From Akkermansia muciniphila (GTDB lineage: Bacteria; Verrucomicrobiota; Verrucomicrobiia; Limisphaerales; UBA9464), in contig CAMDGV010000018.1 of NCBI GenBank assembly GCA_945898055.1, forward strand, positions 25 through 64,024: DNA of 64,000 bases. The letters run 5' to 3'. Shown one piece after another: positions 40,481 through 51,182 of the stretch. The translations under genes and the position numbers were made by a program. The first letter of the stretch is position 1. Each line of letters opens with the position of its first letter. Below the pieces are notes generated by a model. The model ran no database searches, was not told the origin of the DNA, and saw nothing but the letters and a program-made list of their open reading frames with translations.

Positions 40481-42202
40481 ATGAATTCGCTCTTAACCCT
40501 CTTAATGGTCTATTGCCTGTCTGCTCTTGCGGTCGTAGGGCAATCGAACGTTTCTTCAGGCCGAATTCTTTTAAGAGAAATATTTCTATCTGAGACTGTC
40601 GAGAAGCAGATTTCGTTGCTGGGGGAGTTAAAAGGGAGAGGCGACCCTTTAGTTGAACTTGGACTGAGGGCCTGGCGGGCCGGAGAGATCTTCATCTTTG
40701 AGCTCAATGAAAATACGCAAATACCCTTTGTATTAGTTCAAGATAAATCAGATGTATCTAAGCTAAATGGTCTAGATATTAATACAAATCAGCTTCTTAA
40801 TGACGAGCAAGGTAGTCCGCTCTATTTTTCACAGAAAGATCTAAATCCACTAGACACGACAGCAAAAACTCGAAAAAAAATAAAGGAAATATTAGACTTA
40901 GGAGCCCTGGAGAGCTCCGACGAACAGACCCGACTCAATGCAGCGATTAAGCTGGGAGATGAGCAGAATATTGATTATTTAGAAACATTTAAAAATCGAA
41001 CTAGTCAAGAGACCAGCGTTACTGTTCTAAAGGTATTATCCGAGGCAATCGCGCGTCTTAATGTGGTAAGTACAAATACACTAACGCAGATTGCAGGTCT
41101 AGAAAAGTTGCAGAAACTCAGAGCTGTCAACTCAATTACTTTTCTGAGCCAAGTAGGGAAGACCCTTGAAAAATCTTCTGATCCCTCAACGATCAAGGTT
41201 AACCGTTTGCTTCGTTCTACCCTTAAATCATTAGAAAACTACCAGACGATTTGCTCTTACTTTGGGACGGCCTTTAGGGGCTTGAGTCTATCGGCAGTCT
41301 TGCTAGTTGCAGCACTAGGCCTTTCTATTACTTTTGGGCTTATGGGAGTGATAAATATGGCCCATGGAGAAATTATGGCAGTTGGGGCGTACACAACATT
41401 TTTCATCCAAGGTTTACTTGGAAAAGGTCTATTGTTTTCAATTTTAGGACATCCGGTCTCCCTACCTGGGATGGCTATTTCTGGAATAGCTTTCGATATT
41501 TCTTTTCTCTATTGTATTGTTGCCTCATTTCTGATGGCAGGCTTAGTTGGACTTTTTTTAGAACACACAATTATTCGTTTTTTGTATAAAAGACCGCTTG
41601 AGTCACTGCTAGCAACTTATGGGGTAAGCCTGATTCTTCAGCAGGTTTTTAGACATACATTTGGTTCCGCAAATGTTCAAGTTGACGCCCCAGGGTTCCT
41701 TCAGGGAAGTCTTGTAGTAAATGATGTTTCTTTAGCCTATAATCGAATATTTATTATTATTTTCTCTATATTTGTTGTTCTACTAACATGGTTTATACTG
41801 ACAAAAACGTCGCTTGGACTTCTTATCCGAGCGGTTATGCAAAATAGGAATATGGCTTCATCTCTCGGAGTAAGAACGGAGCAGATTAATAAACTCACTT
41901 TTGCCCTAGGTTCAGGTCTTGCCGGAATGGCGGGAGCCTGCATAACCCAGATTGCAAATGTCGGTCCTAGTCTGGGGCAAAATTATATTATCGATTGCTT
42001 TATGGTAGTCGTCCTTGGCGGTGTTGGGAATTTAGTAGGCACAATTACAGCCTCAGGCACGGTTGGAGTGACCAATCAAATTCTTGAGCCTTGGATAGGA
42101 GCCGTGTTGGGTAAGATTTCGGTTCTAGGAGCAATTATTTTATTTCTGCAATGGCGGCCTAATGGGCTCTTTGTTACACGAAGTCGAAATCTTGATAATT
42201 AG
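40481..42202 (+). CDS. urtB: Urea ABC transporter permease with large periplasmic N-terminal domain
   Basis: LGLSITFGLMGVINMAHGE, RPLESLLATYG, RAVMQNR.MA, FMVVVLGGVG, QWRPNGLF. Confidence 0.93.
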   Translation: MNSLLTLLMVYCLSALAVVGQSNVSSGRILLREIFLSETVEKQISLLGELKGRGDPLVELGLRAWRAGEIFIFELNENTQIPFVLVQDKSDVSKLNGLDINTNQLLNDEQGSPLYFSQKDLNPLDTTAKTRKKIKEILDLGALESSDEQTRLNAAIKLGDEQNIDYLETFKNRTSQETSVTVLKVLSEAIARLNVVSTNTLTQIAGLEKLQKLRAVNSITFLSQVGKTLEKSSDPSTIKVNRLLRSTLKSLENYQTICSYFGTAFRGLSLSAVLLVAALGLSITFGLMGVINMAHGEIMAVGAYTTFFIQGLLGKGLLFSILGHPVSLPGMAISGIAFDISFLYCIVASFLMAGLVGLFLEHTIIRFLYKRPLESLLATYGVSLILQQVFRHTFGSANVQVDAPGFLQGSLVVNDVSLAYNRIFIIIFSIFVVLLTWFILTKTSLGLLIRAVMQNRNMASSLGVRTEQINKLTFALGSGLAGMAGACITQIANVGPSLGQNYIIDCFMVVVLGGVGNLVGTITASGTVGVTNQILEPWIGAVLGKISVLGAIILFLQWRPNGLFVTRSRNLDN

Positions 42203-42314
42203 TCAATGTTTGAATTCTCGCATTCAGTTTATTCTGGTTTATCAAATTTATAGGTGATTATTATTTATATCTTAAGTTTTTAATCGGATTAGAATTATAA
42301 AACAAATCAAACCG

Positions 42315-43838
42315 ATGTCATCATTTTTAAATCGACGAGAATTCTCCCTAGTCTTTGTAACTGTACTGATTGGCTTTGTACTTATTCCTAGTCTGAATGC
42401 TTTTACAAAGGAACAGCATTGGCTACACATTAGCACCTTTTCACTTAGTCTTTATGGTAAGTATTTAACTTATGCTGTTTTAGCCTTGGGAGTCAATTTA
42501 CTCTGGGGTTACACGGGTATTCTAAGCCTAGGCCAATCCCTCTTTTTTTCATTAGGTGGATATTGTATAGGAATGCATATGATGATGAACTTGGGTTGGC
42601 TCGGGCAATATCATGAAGCCATTCCTGATTTTATGGTTTTCTTAGAATTTCCGAATCGATTTCCAGAGACCGGGGGTTTTCCTCCTCATTGGATTCCATT
42701 CAAAAATATTAGTTTTACTATTTTAATGGTTTTTCTAATACCAGGATTCGTTGCGGGTGTATTTGGTTATCTTGCATTTAGATCGAGAATTAAAGGAGTC
42801 TATTTTTCGATTCTTAGTCAGGCTCTCACTTATGCTGCTTGCTTGATGTTTTTTCGCAATGACTTTACATTTGGTGGGAATAATGGGCTGACTGATTTTA
42901 AGTATCTTATCGGAAATCCAAGTTTGATTGTAGCAGATATCAGTGAACCTATCCTGTTTGGTAAAAGTTTAAATTCGGGCGACGGTGAGTTGTCAAAATT
43001 TCTCTTCAATCAACTTCAATTAACAAATCAACAGAATCTAGTTGTTGCACTTGGCCAGACAAACAGTTTAAGGGTGGCAAGCATCCTCTGTGAGAGTTTA
43101 AATAGAATAATAGCAACCTCGGCGATTTACAAAGAAGAGCGGTTTACGAAGTCTAGCTTAACTCCCGATTTAAAGTCTGAGATTTTATTGGAGCCGCGTG
43201 ATTCAAGGCTTTTGATGTTAAATCGTCGTCTTTTAGAAGTTGCTTTCCCAAGGTATATAATTAAGAGTAGATTCTTAGGGCTTAGGTTAAATGATCCAGC
43301 AATAAAACGTTATTTATTTGTCTGTTCTTTTTTTCTTTTATTAATGACGTATTTATTTTGTAAATGGTTGACAAAGAGTCGGTTTGGACTTGTTCAGCGA
43401 GCAGTTCGGGACTCGGAGAGTCGGGTTCTTTATTCTGGCTATGCAACCAGTGATTTTAAGCTTGTTGTTTTTATTGCGGCAGCGGTTATTTCAGGTCTTG
43501 GCGGGGCGTTATTTGTGCCACAAGTAGGAATTATAAATCCAAGTGAGATGGGGGCCGATCGTTCGATTGAGGCAGTAATTTGGGTTGCGGTCGGGGGGCG
43601 AGGGAATCTTTTGGGACCTATTTTGGGTGCGATTGGAGTCAACGCGTTAAAAAGTTATTGTACGCATGTTTTCCCTGAGCAGTGGCCCTACATTTTGGGC
43701 GGATTATTTATTTTTGTTACGATTGTAATGCCAAATGGGCTCATTGGGCTTCCGGCACAATTAATCTATTGCAAATCATTCTTGTTGAAAAAGTATTTAG
43801 AGTTGAGGGAGAGTTCTGGGTTTAAGGCCAACCGATGA
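42315..43838 (+). CDS. urtC: Urea ABC transporter permease with a ~120-aa insertion
   Basis: WGYTGILSLGQ..FF.LGGY, FRSRIKGVYFSI.SQA, GGNNGLTDF, VPQVGIINP, WVAVGGRG. Confidence 0.93.
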   Translation: MSSFLNRREFSLVFVTVLIGFVLIPSLNAFTKEQHWLHISTFSLSLYGKYLTYAVLALGVNLLWGYTGILSLGQSLFFSLGGYCIGMHMMMNLGWLGQYHEAIPDFMVFLEFPNRFPETGGFPPHWIPFKNISFTILMVFLIPGFVAGVFGYLAFRSRIKGVYFSILSQALTYAACLMFFRNDFTFGGNNGLTDFKYLIGNPSLIVADISEPILFGKSLNSGDGELSKFLFNQLQLTNQQNLVVALGQTNSLRVASILCESLNRIIATSAIYKEERFTKSSLTPDLKSEILLEPRDSRLLMLNRRLLEVAFPRYIIKSRFLGLRLNDPAIKRYLFVCSFFLLLMTYLFCKWLTKSRFGLVQRAVRDSESRVLYSGYATSDFKLVVFIAAAVISGLGGALFVPQVGIINPSEMGADRSIEAVIWVAVGGRGNLLGPILGAIGVNALKSYCTHVFPEQWPYILGGLFIFVTIVMPNGLIGLPAQLIYCKSFLLKKYLELRESSGFKANR

Positions 43839-44596
43839 ACAAAGAATTTATTCTTTCGGTCGAGGGTGTTAATAAATCATTTGACGGGTTTAAGGCGATT
43901 TCGGAGCTTAATTTTTACATGGAGGAGGGGGAACTGCGTGTGATTATAGGGCCGAACGGTGCGGGTAAGACATCCTTTTTAGATTTACTTACTGGACGTA
44001 CGAAACCTGATTCGGGAACGATCAAATTTGAGAATAAGACTGATCTAACGGCATTAAATGAGTACCAGATTAGTCGTCTTGGTATAGGAAGGAAGTTCCA
44101 GACTCCGTCTGTTTATTCTAACCATACAGTCCGTGAGAATATTTTGTTGTCCCTCCAAGGAAGTCGGAGCATTTGGTCGGCACTCTTTCTTGAGGTGACC
44201 GCAGCTGATGAGGATCGAATACAGTGTATTCTGAAGGAGGTAGGTCTCGCCGAGAAAGGGGATTCTCTTGCAGGTTTACTTGCGCATGGCCAAAAGCAAT
44301 GGATGGAGATTGGCATGCTTCTGGCTCAGAACCCGAAGTTGTTGTTGGTTGATGAGCCTGCGGCAGGGATGAGCGATGAAGAGACAGCAAAAACAGGTGA
44401 GTTGCTCGTTCGGTTAGCCGGCAAGCACAGTATTATTGTGATTGAGCACGACATGGATTTTGTTCGGCAAATTGCCCGTAAAGTGACGGTTTTGCATCAA
44501 GGCCATGTTCTCTGTGAGGGCAATGTGGACCAAATTCAGAAAGACGAGCGGGTGATGGAAGTTTATTTGGGTCGAAAGAAGAAGACAGGTAACTAA
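43835..44596 (+). CDS. urtD: Urea ABC transporter ATP-binding protein
   Basis: SFDGFKA, GPNGAGKT, GIGRKFQ.P, HGQKQW.EIGM, DEPAAGM. Confidence 0.95.
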   Translation: MNKEFILSVEGVNKSFDGFKAISELNFYMEEGELRVIIGPNGAGKTSFLDLLTGRTKPDSGTIKFENKTDLTALNEYQISRLGIGRKFQTPSVYSNHTVRENILLSLQGSRSIWSALFLEVTAADEDRIQCILKEVGLAEKGDSLAGLLAHGQKQWMEIGMLLAQNPKLLLVDEPAAGMSDEETAKTGELLVRLAGKHSIIVIEHDMDFVRQIARKVTVLHQGHVLCEGNVDQIQKDERVMEVYLGRKKKTGN

Positions 44597-45291
44597 TGCT
44601 ATCCCTTTCCCATATGGCTGTTTCGTACGATGGTTCACGGGTTCTCCGTGGGATTGACTTGACGGTTCCTGAACGGAGTCTGGTTTGTTTAATGGGCCGT
44701 AACGGCGTTGGAAAAACGACCACTTTGAAGGCAATAATGGGGCTCATTCCAAGTGAGGCAGGAAGGGTAGATTTTATGGGAGCAGACATTTCCCACCTCA
44801 AGCCTGAGCAGCGTGCTCGGCAAGGTCTTGGGTACGTTCCGCAAGGGCGCGATATTTTCCCGCAGTTAACCGTTTTAGAAAACCTTAAAGTAAGTTTGCT
44901 GGTTAGCGGGAGGAGGGCAGATGGGGAACTAGACCGAGTCCTTGAGTTGTTCCCAGTCCTCGCCGAGATGTTGAGTCGAAAAGGGGGACTCTTAAGTGGG
45001 GGACAGCAGCAACAGTTGGCGATTGCCCGGGCGCTGCTCACCAATCCCAAAGTTTTGCTTTTGGACGAGCCGACCGAAGGCATTCAGCCCAACATTATTG
45101 AGTTGATAGGAGAGACCTTGGTAAAGATTAAGCGTGAGGGCAAAATTAGTATTCTGATGGTCGAACAATACCTCGACTTCTGTTTAGAGATTGGCGACCT
45201 GTTTTATATAATGGATCGTGGGTCGGTTGTTGCCAAAGGTCCGATTGCGCAACTGAGTAGCGAGGTAGTGAAGAGGTACTTAACGGTATGA
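44596..45291 (+). CDS. urtE: Urea ABC transporter ATP-binding protein
   Basis: GRNGVGKTT, YVPQGR.IF, LSGGQQQQLAI, DEPTEGIQP. Confidence 0.95.
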   Translation: MLSLSHMAVSYDGSRVLRGIDLTVPERSLVCLMGRNGVGKTTTLKAIMGLIPSEAGRVDFMGADISHLKPEQRARQGLGYVPQGRDIFPQLTVLENLKVSLLVSGRRADGELDRVLELFPVLAEMLSRKGGLLSGGQQQQLAIARALLTNPKVLLLDEPTEGIQPNIIELIGETLVKIKREGKISILMVEQYLDFCLEIGDLFYIMDRGSVVAKGPIAQLSSEVVKRYLTV

Positions 45292-45360
45292 TTTTAGAGA
45301 CCAAACTTCAACGATGCGATTGCGGCCACTGGCTCAGGATTTTGCCGTTTAATTTCTTGG

Positions 45361-46242
45361 ATGTCCACTTTAGTGGGTTCGCCTGAGTGCATGAGCGGTT
45401 CCCCGAGATTTTTGGAACAGCACGGCACCTGTGTTGGAAGTGGTTGGTTACGGGTTGAGCGAGTTGCGGGACTAAGCACGGTGGTATCAACTCAGGCGAG
45501 TGCTCCGTTAAAGGTTTTGATACCCAGAGCGCGAGGGCTGAGTGTTTGGGCCTATTTGAGTAGTTTTGGTGGAGGTCTTGTAGCGGGCGACTGCATCCAA
45601 TTTAGGGTCGAGATCGGCGCTGAGGCTCGGTGCTTTGTCAGCAGCCAAGCATCGACCAAGGTGTTCAAGAATCCGAATCTACTCCCCTGCGGTCACCAGT
45701 TTGAGGCCTGGGCAGGAATAGGTTCGCTGCTAGTTCTTGCCCCTGATCCGGTGCAAGCTTTTACAGGTTCGATCTATTCCCAGCGGCAAACATTTCATCT
45801 TGATAAGGGGGCTTCGTTGGTTTTGGTTGATTGGCTTACTTCCGGGCGAGTTGCTTGCGGGGAGCGTTGGGCCTTTTCTCATTTTGAGAGTCGCAACGAG
45901 ATTTTTGTCGAAGGCCAAAGGCTTGTTATTGATTCTGTCCGACTCGATCCTAGGGATGGTCCTCTCCGACTCTCTCACCGAATGAGCCGCTATAACTGTT
46001 TTGCATCAGTTGTAATAATTGGCGAGGCATTGAAGGAGGGAATTGATCAAGTTCTCATAGCCGTGGCAAAGTGCGCAGTTGTCCAACGGGCCTCAATCAT
46101 TTTTACTGCGAGTCCGATTCGAGGAGGAGTTCTTTTACGTCTCGCAGGAGAGACCGTGGAGGAAGTTAGCCGTGAGATTCGAGCGCATCTTAATTTTATT
46201 TCTGCGTTACTGGGAGACGATCCACTGATTAGAAAATGGTAA
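45361..46242 (+). CDS. ureD: Urease accessory protein UreD (plant/fungal-like)
   Basis: [43 protein letters not shown]...GE.W.F. Confidence 0.9.
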   Translation: MSTLVGSPECMSGSPRFLEQHGTCVGSGWLRVERVAGLSTVVSTQASAPLKVLIPRARGLSVWAYLSSFGGGLVAGDCIQFRVEIGAEARCFVSSQASTKVFKNPNLLPCGHQFEAWAGIGSLLVLAPDPVQAFTGSIYSQRQTFHLDKGASLVLVDWLTSGRVACGERWAFSHFESRNEIFVEGQRLVIDSVRLDPRDGPLRLSHRMSRYNCFASVVIIGEALKEGIDQVLIAVAKCAVVQRASIIFTASPIRGGVLLRLAGETVEEVSREIRAHLNFISALLGDDPLIRKW

Positions 46243-46246
46243 ACTT

Positions 46247-47035
46247 ATGCATCTTTCGCCTCGTGAACTCGACAAATTAGTCCTGCACCAAGCGGGTTTC
46301 CTTGCCCAGAAGAGACTCGCTCGAGGGACCCGCCTAAATCATCCGGAATCTGTCGCTCTGATTGCCACGGTGTTGCTGGAATTTATTCGCGACGGACGAA
46401 GGGTCGCCGAGTTAATGAATCTGGGGCGACAGCTTTTAGGGCGCAGTCAGGTTATGGCTGGGGTTCCGGAGATGATCCACGATGTTCAGGTTGAAGGGAC
46501 ATTTCCAGATGGGTCGAAGCTCGTGACCGTTCATCATCCGATCGCCTCTGAGAATGGAGATCTGAAGCTGGCTCTCTATGGGAGTTTTTTACCAGTTCCT
46601 GATGTTACGGTTTTTAAACTATTAAAAGATGAAATGCTCTTTGAGCCTGGTTCTTACGAGATTGCCGCAGGCGAGCTAGAGTTGAATGCTGGGCGCGCAA
46701 CCGTAACCCTCTCAGTGACCAACCTCGGAGATCGTCCTGTTCAAGTTGGGAGCCATTATCATTTCATTGAAACGAATGCCTTCCTGCGATTCGATCGTGG
46801 AGAGGCTTACGGAAAGCGCCTAGATATACCGGCAGGGACAGCGGTCCGATTTGAACCTGGCGAAGCCAAGACGGTTCGTCTTGTCGAAATTGGGGGGCGG
46901 AAGGTAATCCGCGGCGGAAATAACTTAGGCGACGGCCCGGTTTCGGAGGAGGGCAAGCGTGCGGCGATGGATCGTGTTAGACTTCGCGGATTTGCCCACC
47001 AGGAGTCTCATCCGACAACAGCAACCCAACCCTAA
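46247..47035 (+). CDS. ureAB: Urease fused gamma/beta subunit
   Basis: [11 protein letters not shown]...[25 protein letters not shown] (gamma), then [29 protein letters not shown] (beta). Confidence 0.96.
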   Translation: MHLSPRELDKLVLHQAGFLAQKRLARGTRLNHPESVALIATVLLEFIRDGRRVAELMNLGRQLLGRSQVMAGVPEMIHDVQVEGTFPDGSKLVTVHHPIASENGDLKLALYGSFLPVPDVTVFKLLKDEMLFEPGSYEIAAGELELNAGRATVTLSVTNLGDRPVQVGSHYHFIETNAFLRFDRGEAYGKRLDIPAGTAVRFEPGEAKTVRLVEIGGRKVIRGGNNLGDGPVSEEGKRAAMDRVRLRGFAHQESHPTTATQP

Positions 47036-47125
47036 GGCGAGGCCAGAAGTGCGGACTCGGAAGTCTTTGAGTGTTACCTAGCCTCTTAAATTGCCAATCG
47101 ATCGTAGATTTATTTCATCCATTTT

Positions 47126-48841
47126 ATGAGCCAGTATATGAAACGTCAGCATTACGCTGAAATGTTTGGTCCAACCACCGGCGACAAGGTCCGTCTTGGA
47201 GATACCCACCTTATTTTGGAGGTAGAGTACGATGAGACTGTTTATGGGGATGAATGTAAATTTGGAGGTGGCAAGACACTCCGCGAAGGGATGGGGCAAG
47301 CCTCTGGAGTCCATCAAGCGGGGGCGCTTGATTGCGTGATTACCAATGCGTTGATTATCGACTATACAGGTATATTTAAGGCGGATATTGGGATCAAAGA
47401 CGGGTTTATTGCAGGGATTGGCAAGGCAGGAAATCCCGAGATGATGTCCGGAGTTAAAGAAGGAATGGTGATTGGAGTCACCACGGAGGTGATTGCTGGT
47501 GAGGGTTTGATCGTAACTGCAGGCGGTCTTGATACCCACATCCATTTCATCTGCCCTCAACAGGCTCATGAGGCAATTGCTGCGGGGTTAACCACCCTTA
47601 TTGGTGGAGGAACGGGTCCAGCCACTGGCACCTGTGCAACGACCTGTACGCCCAACGCCTTTTACTTTCGAACCATGCTTCAGGCGACGGATGCGTTGCC
47701 TCTTAACTTCGGATTTACTGGCAAGGGGAATACGGCCTCGTCTGCGGGACTGGCGGACCAAATTCGAGCGGGAGCGATTGGGCTGAAGCTCCACGAGGAC
47801 TGGGGCACCACCCCTGCGGCAATCGATTGCTGCCTGACCGTTGCCGATCAGCACGACATTCAGGTCACGATTCATACGGATACCTTGAACGAGTCGGGTT
47901 TTCTTGAAGCCACACTAGCGGCCTTTAAGGGGCGGACAATTCACACCTATCATTCTGAAGGAGCTGGAGGGGGGCACGCGCCTGATATTATTCGAGTTTG
48001 CGGAGAATCTAACGTGTTACCGAGTTCGACAAATCCCACCCGACCCTACACGATAAATACGATTGATGAGCACTTGGATATGCTGATGGTTTGCCATCAT
48101 TTAGATCCCAATTTACCTGAAGACGTCGCGTTTGCGGAGAGCCGGATTCGAGGGGAGACCATTGCCGCCGAAGACATTCTTCATGATCTTGGCGCGATTA
48201 GTATGATGAGCAGTGACTCGCAAGCAATGGGACGGATTGGAGAGGTGATTACTCGCACTTGGCAAACTGCTGACAAGATGAAGCAGCAACGCGGTAGCCT
48301 ACCGAATGAGACCGGTTTGAACGATAATGTACGGATCAAAAGGTATATTTCTAAGTATACGATAAACCCCGCAATTGCTCACGGCGTCGGCCATCTTGTC
48401 GGGTCGGTTGAAGTTGGAAAGCTCGCCGACTTGGTGCTTTGGCGGCCCGCCTTTTTTGGAGCCAAACCTGAGTTGGTGATTAAAGGAGGCGTCATTGCTT
48501 GGAGCCAGATGGGTGATCCGAATGCAAGTATTCCCACGCCTCAACCCGTTTTTATGCGACCGATGTTTGGGGCCTTTGGGATAGCGCCGGGGCCGATCTC
48601 CTTCGCCTTCGTCAGCCAACTCTGTAAGAAAGAAGGCGTGGCTGCAGGCTACGGACTCACCAAACGAATCGAGGCGGTGCGCGATTGCCGGTCCCTAGGA
48701 AAGAAGGACTTAAAATGGAATGATGCCACACCCGTCATCACGGTGGATCCTGAAACCTATCGGGTCACCGCTGATGGCGAAGCTTTGGTTTGCGAGCCAT
48801 CCACCGTATTGCCCCTAGCACAGCGGTACCAATTGTTCTGA
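47126..48841 (+). CDS. ureC: Urease alpha (catalytic) subunit
   Basis: [47 protein letters not shown]. Confidence 0.98.
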   Translation: MSQYMKRQHYAEMFGPTTGDKVRLGDTHLILEVEYDETVYGDECKFGGGKTLREGMGQASGVHQAGALDCVITNALIIDYTGIFKADIGIKDGFIAGIGKAGNPEMMSGVKEGMVIGVTTEVIAGEGLIVTAGGLDTHIHFICPQQAHEAIAAGLTTLIGGGTGPATGTCATTCTPNAFYFRTMLQATDALPLNFGFTGKGNTASSAGLADQIRAGAIGLKLHEDWGTTPAAIDCCLTVADQHDIQVTIHTDTLNESGFLEATLAAFKGRTIHTYHSEGAGGGHAPDIIRVCGESNVLPSSTNPTRPYTINTIDEHLDMLMVCHHLDPNLPEDVAFAESRIRGETIAAEDILHDLGAISMMSSDSQAMGRIGEVITRTWQTADKMKQQRGSLPNETGLNDNVRIKRYISKYTINPAIAHGVGHLVGSVEVGKLADLVLWRPAFFGAKPELVIKGGVIAWSQMGDPNASIPTPQPVFMRPMFGAFGIAPGPISFAFVSQLCKKEGVAAGYGLTKRIEAVRDCRSLGKKDLKWNDATPVITVDPETYRVTADGEALVCEPSTVLPLAQRYQLF

Positions 48842-48844
48842 GCT

Positions 48845-49567
48845 ATGGTCGGCCCACCCTTAGTTTGTGAGACGGCGTTGGGGTCAGAAACCATCGATTG
48901 CCCAAGGTCGAGTGTCGTTGATTGGCTGATTTGGCAGTTTGCAGATTCAGCCTTTCCGACGGGTGGATTTGTTCACTCCGGAGGGTTGGAGGCCGCTTGG
49001 CAGCACGGGGAGATTCGGGGTCGAGCTGACTTGCAGGCATTTATTCAAGCAAGCCTCAACCAACTGGGTAGCTCCGTGCTTCCCTTCGTAAGTGAAGTCC
49101 ATCGACAACCCGGAAAAATTGAAGAATTGGATCGGCTTTTTGATGCGTTCACCACCAATCATATCGCCAATCGAGCGAGCCGGTTGCAAGGGTTATCTTT
49201 GGCTACCGCGGCTGAACGGATTTTTGCGCATCCCGGATTCAAGCCGCTGCACCAACCGGCGCTCCCGTTCAGTCATGTTGCGCTTGTCTTTGGTTTCATA
49301 TCTCAGGTGGTCGGACTTGAGTTAGTGAGGGCTTCTCGATTGTTTCTTTTTCAACAGCTCCGCACTTTGACGAATGCCGCAGTTCGCCTTGGTATCGTCG
49401 GACCGATGGAGGGGCAGACACTACAGTATCGATTGGCACCTTTGGCTGAATTGATTGTGTCTCGTAGCCTGACTCAGTCACTTGCTGATCTCTCGCAGAG
49501 CATGCCCTTGCTCGATCTTTGGCAAGGGACGCAAGGCCGACTTTATTCGCGACTGTTCCAAAGTTAA
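48845..49567 (+). CDS. ureF: Urease accessory protein UreF
   Basis: [40 protein letters not shown]. Confidence 0.93.
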   Translation: MVGPPLVCETALGSETIDCPRSSVVDWLIWQFADSAFPTGGFVHSGGLEAAWQHGEIRGRADLQAFIQASLNQLGSSVLPFVSEVHRQPGKIEELDRLFDAFTTNHIANRASRLQGLSLATAAERIFAHPGFKPLHQPALPFSHVALVFGFISQVVGLELVRASRLFLFQQLRTLTNAAVRLGIVGPMEGQTLQYRLAPLAELIVSRSLTQSLADLSQSMPLLDLWQGTQGRLYSRLFQS

Positions 49568-49602
49568 CTCTCCAGCAACCTGCCCCATTTTCCTCATTTC
49601 TA

Positions 49603-50340
49603 ATGAACTCACATAGTCATAATTTCGGATCGCATTCACACAGTCACACCCACGAACACTTGGAGCATCCGGGTCATTTTCACGAACGCGAAACGCCCTT
49701 AGATCGAGACTTCAAAAAACGTGCTTTCACCGTGGGTATTGGTGGACCTGTTGGTAGTGGAAAAACAGCGCTGATGCTGCAGCTCTGTCAGCGGCTCCGA
49801 GAGAGGATGAATATCGCTGCCGTGACCAACGATATTTTCACCCGTGAAGACGGCGAGTTTCTGGTTCGAAATAACGCTTTGGATGCCGCACGAATTAGGG
49901 CCGTTGAGACCGGTGGTTGTCCGCACGCGGCTATTCGAGAGGATATCTCTGCGAATCTCTTAGCTCTCGAAGAGCTCCATCGCGAATTCCATCCTGAACT
50001 TCTCTTGCTTGAATCCGGTGGCGATAATTTAGCTGCGCATTTTAGCCGCGAATTAGCTGATTTTACTATTTATGTTATCGATGTCGCGGGGGGCGATAAG
50101 GTCCCGCGTAAAGGAGGCCCTGGGATCACCCAATCAGATCTTCTAGTCATTAATAAGACAGACCTTGCGGAAGCGGTCGGGGCCAATTTGGAGGTTATGT
50201 CGCGTGATTCAAAAGCGATGCGAGGAACTGGTCCCTTTGTTTTTGCACAGGTCAAAAATGGGGTAGGACTCGCTGACATTATTAGTCAAATAGTCCACGC
50301 ATGGCAGCATCAAAAAGGCGTTGAACACTCTCATCTTTGA
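49603..50340 (+). CDS. ureG: Urease accessory GTPase UreG with His-rich N-terminus
   Basis: [36 protein letters not shown]. Confidence 0.97.
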   Translation: MNSHSHNFGSHSHSHTHEHLEHPGHFHERETPLDRDFKKRAFTVGIGGPVGSGKTALMLQLCQRLRERMNIAAVTNDIFTREDGEFLVRNNALDAARIRAVETGGCPHAAIREDISANLLALEELHREFHPELLLLESGGDNLAAHFSRELADFTIYVIDVAGGDKVPRKGGPGITQSDLLVINKTDLAEAVGANLEVMSRDSKAMRGTGPFVFAQVKNGVGLADIISQIVHAWQHQKGVEHSHL

Positions 50341-51182
50341 GGGGTGAAACCACCGTCCCTTGTGGTAGTTTTTAAGGTCAGTGTTCGGGGTCAGTTTTCT
50401 AAACAGCGCTTTGCTTGGACTGGGTAAAGGCCGGGTCTCAATCACCTTTTTTTGAGAGCAGATCTGGTTTTTCTGACAATTACCTCCCCTATTGTTGGAA
50501 GGATGAGGATGAGGCTAGGAAGCCGATTGAGGGCATAGATCGGCATCGGCCGAGCTTTTTAGGATGGCGGAGGGCGTTGTTTGCGCAGGCGTTCAGCGGC
50601 GATTAAAATCTGGGGGTACCTTAAGATTAGAAATAAACTCTTTGGGGAATGGTTCCGATCAAAGTAGGCCAATCGGCAATTTTTTAGCGCGAACAGCGTT
50701 CAAATGACCCACGGCAACCTCCTCTATTGAGCCTAGTTCCAATGGCCGAAAACGAATTTGGAAGTCCAGAATTCGATCACGTTTTTCCTTAACCAATAGG
50801 AGCATTTCGAAGACATTTTCGAATCGTAAAGGTTTGAATTAATCGCAATAGGCATGCACCTGAGGAAGTCCCATCGGTTCTTCGGACCCGCGTAGAGTCA
50901 TCGATTGACCAAAGGATCGGTAGAATCCCCCTTCAACGGTTTCCATCTAGCGAAAAAAGTTGGAGAAATGAACGATCCCAGCCAGATCCGTTTCGGAGAA
51001 CTCAACCCGCCGTGTCGCTCGAAATTAAAATGGCCTAAGAGACCTTTGCCTTCCTGCGCGTTCCCTCCGATCCTGAATATTTTCTTAGCGAGAATACTTT
51101 GCATTGATCGAGGTCTGAAGTGAGTTTTATTAGGGTCCTTCCCTTGTTTTTTTTTGTCAGTTGGCGTCCGATCATCCTCGCT

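Noticed and set aside
47036-47125. ureAB and ureC share a reading frame, suggesting read-through into a single-chain eukaryote-like urease
   Set aside because: Three in-frame stops (TAA, TAA, TAG) separate them, and sharing a frame has a one-in-three chance.
50400-51120. Short ORFs or a possible ncRNA between ureG and the sulfatase
   Set aside because: No convincing coding signature or recognisable RNA motif.
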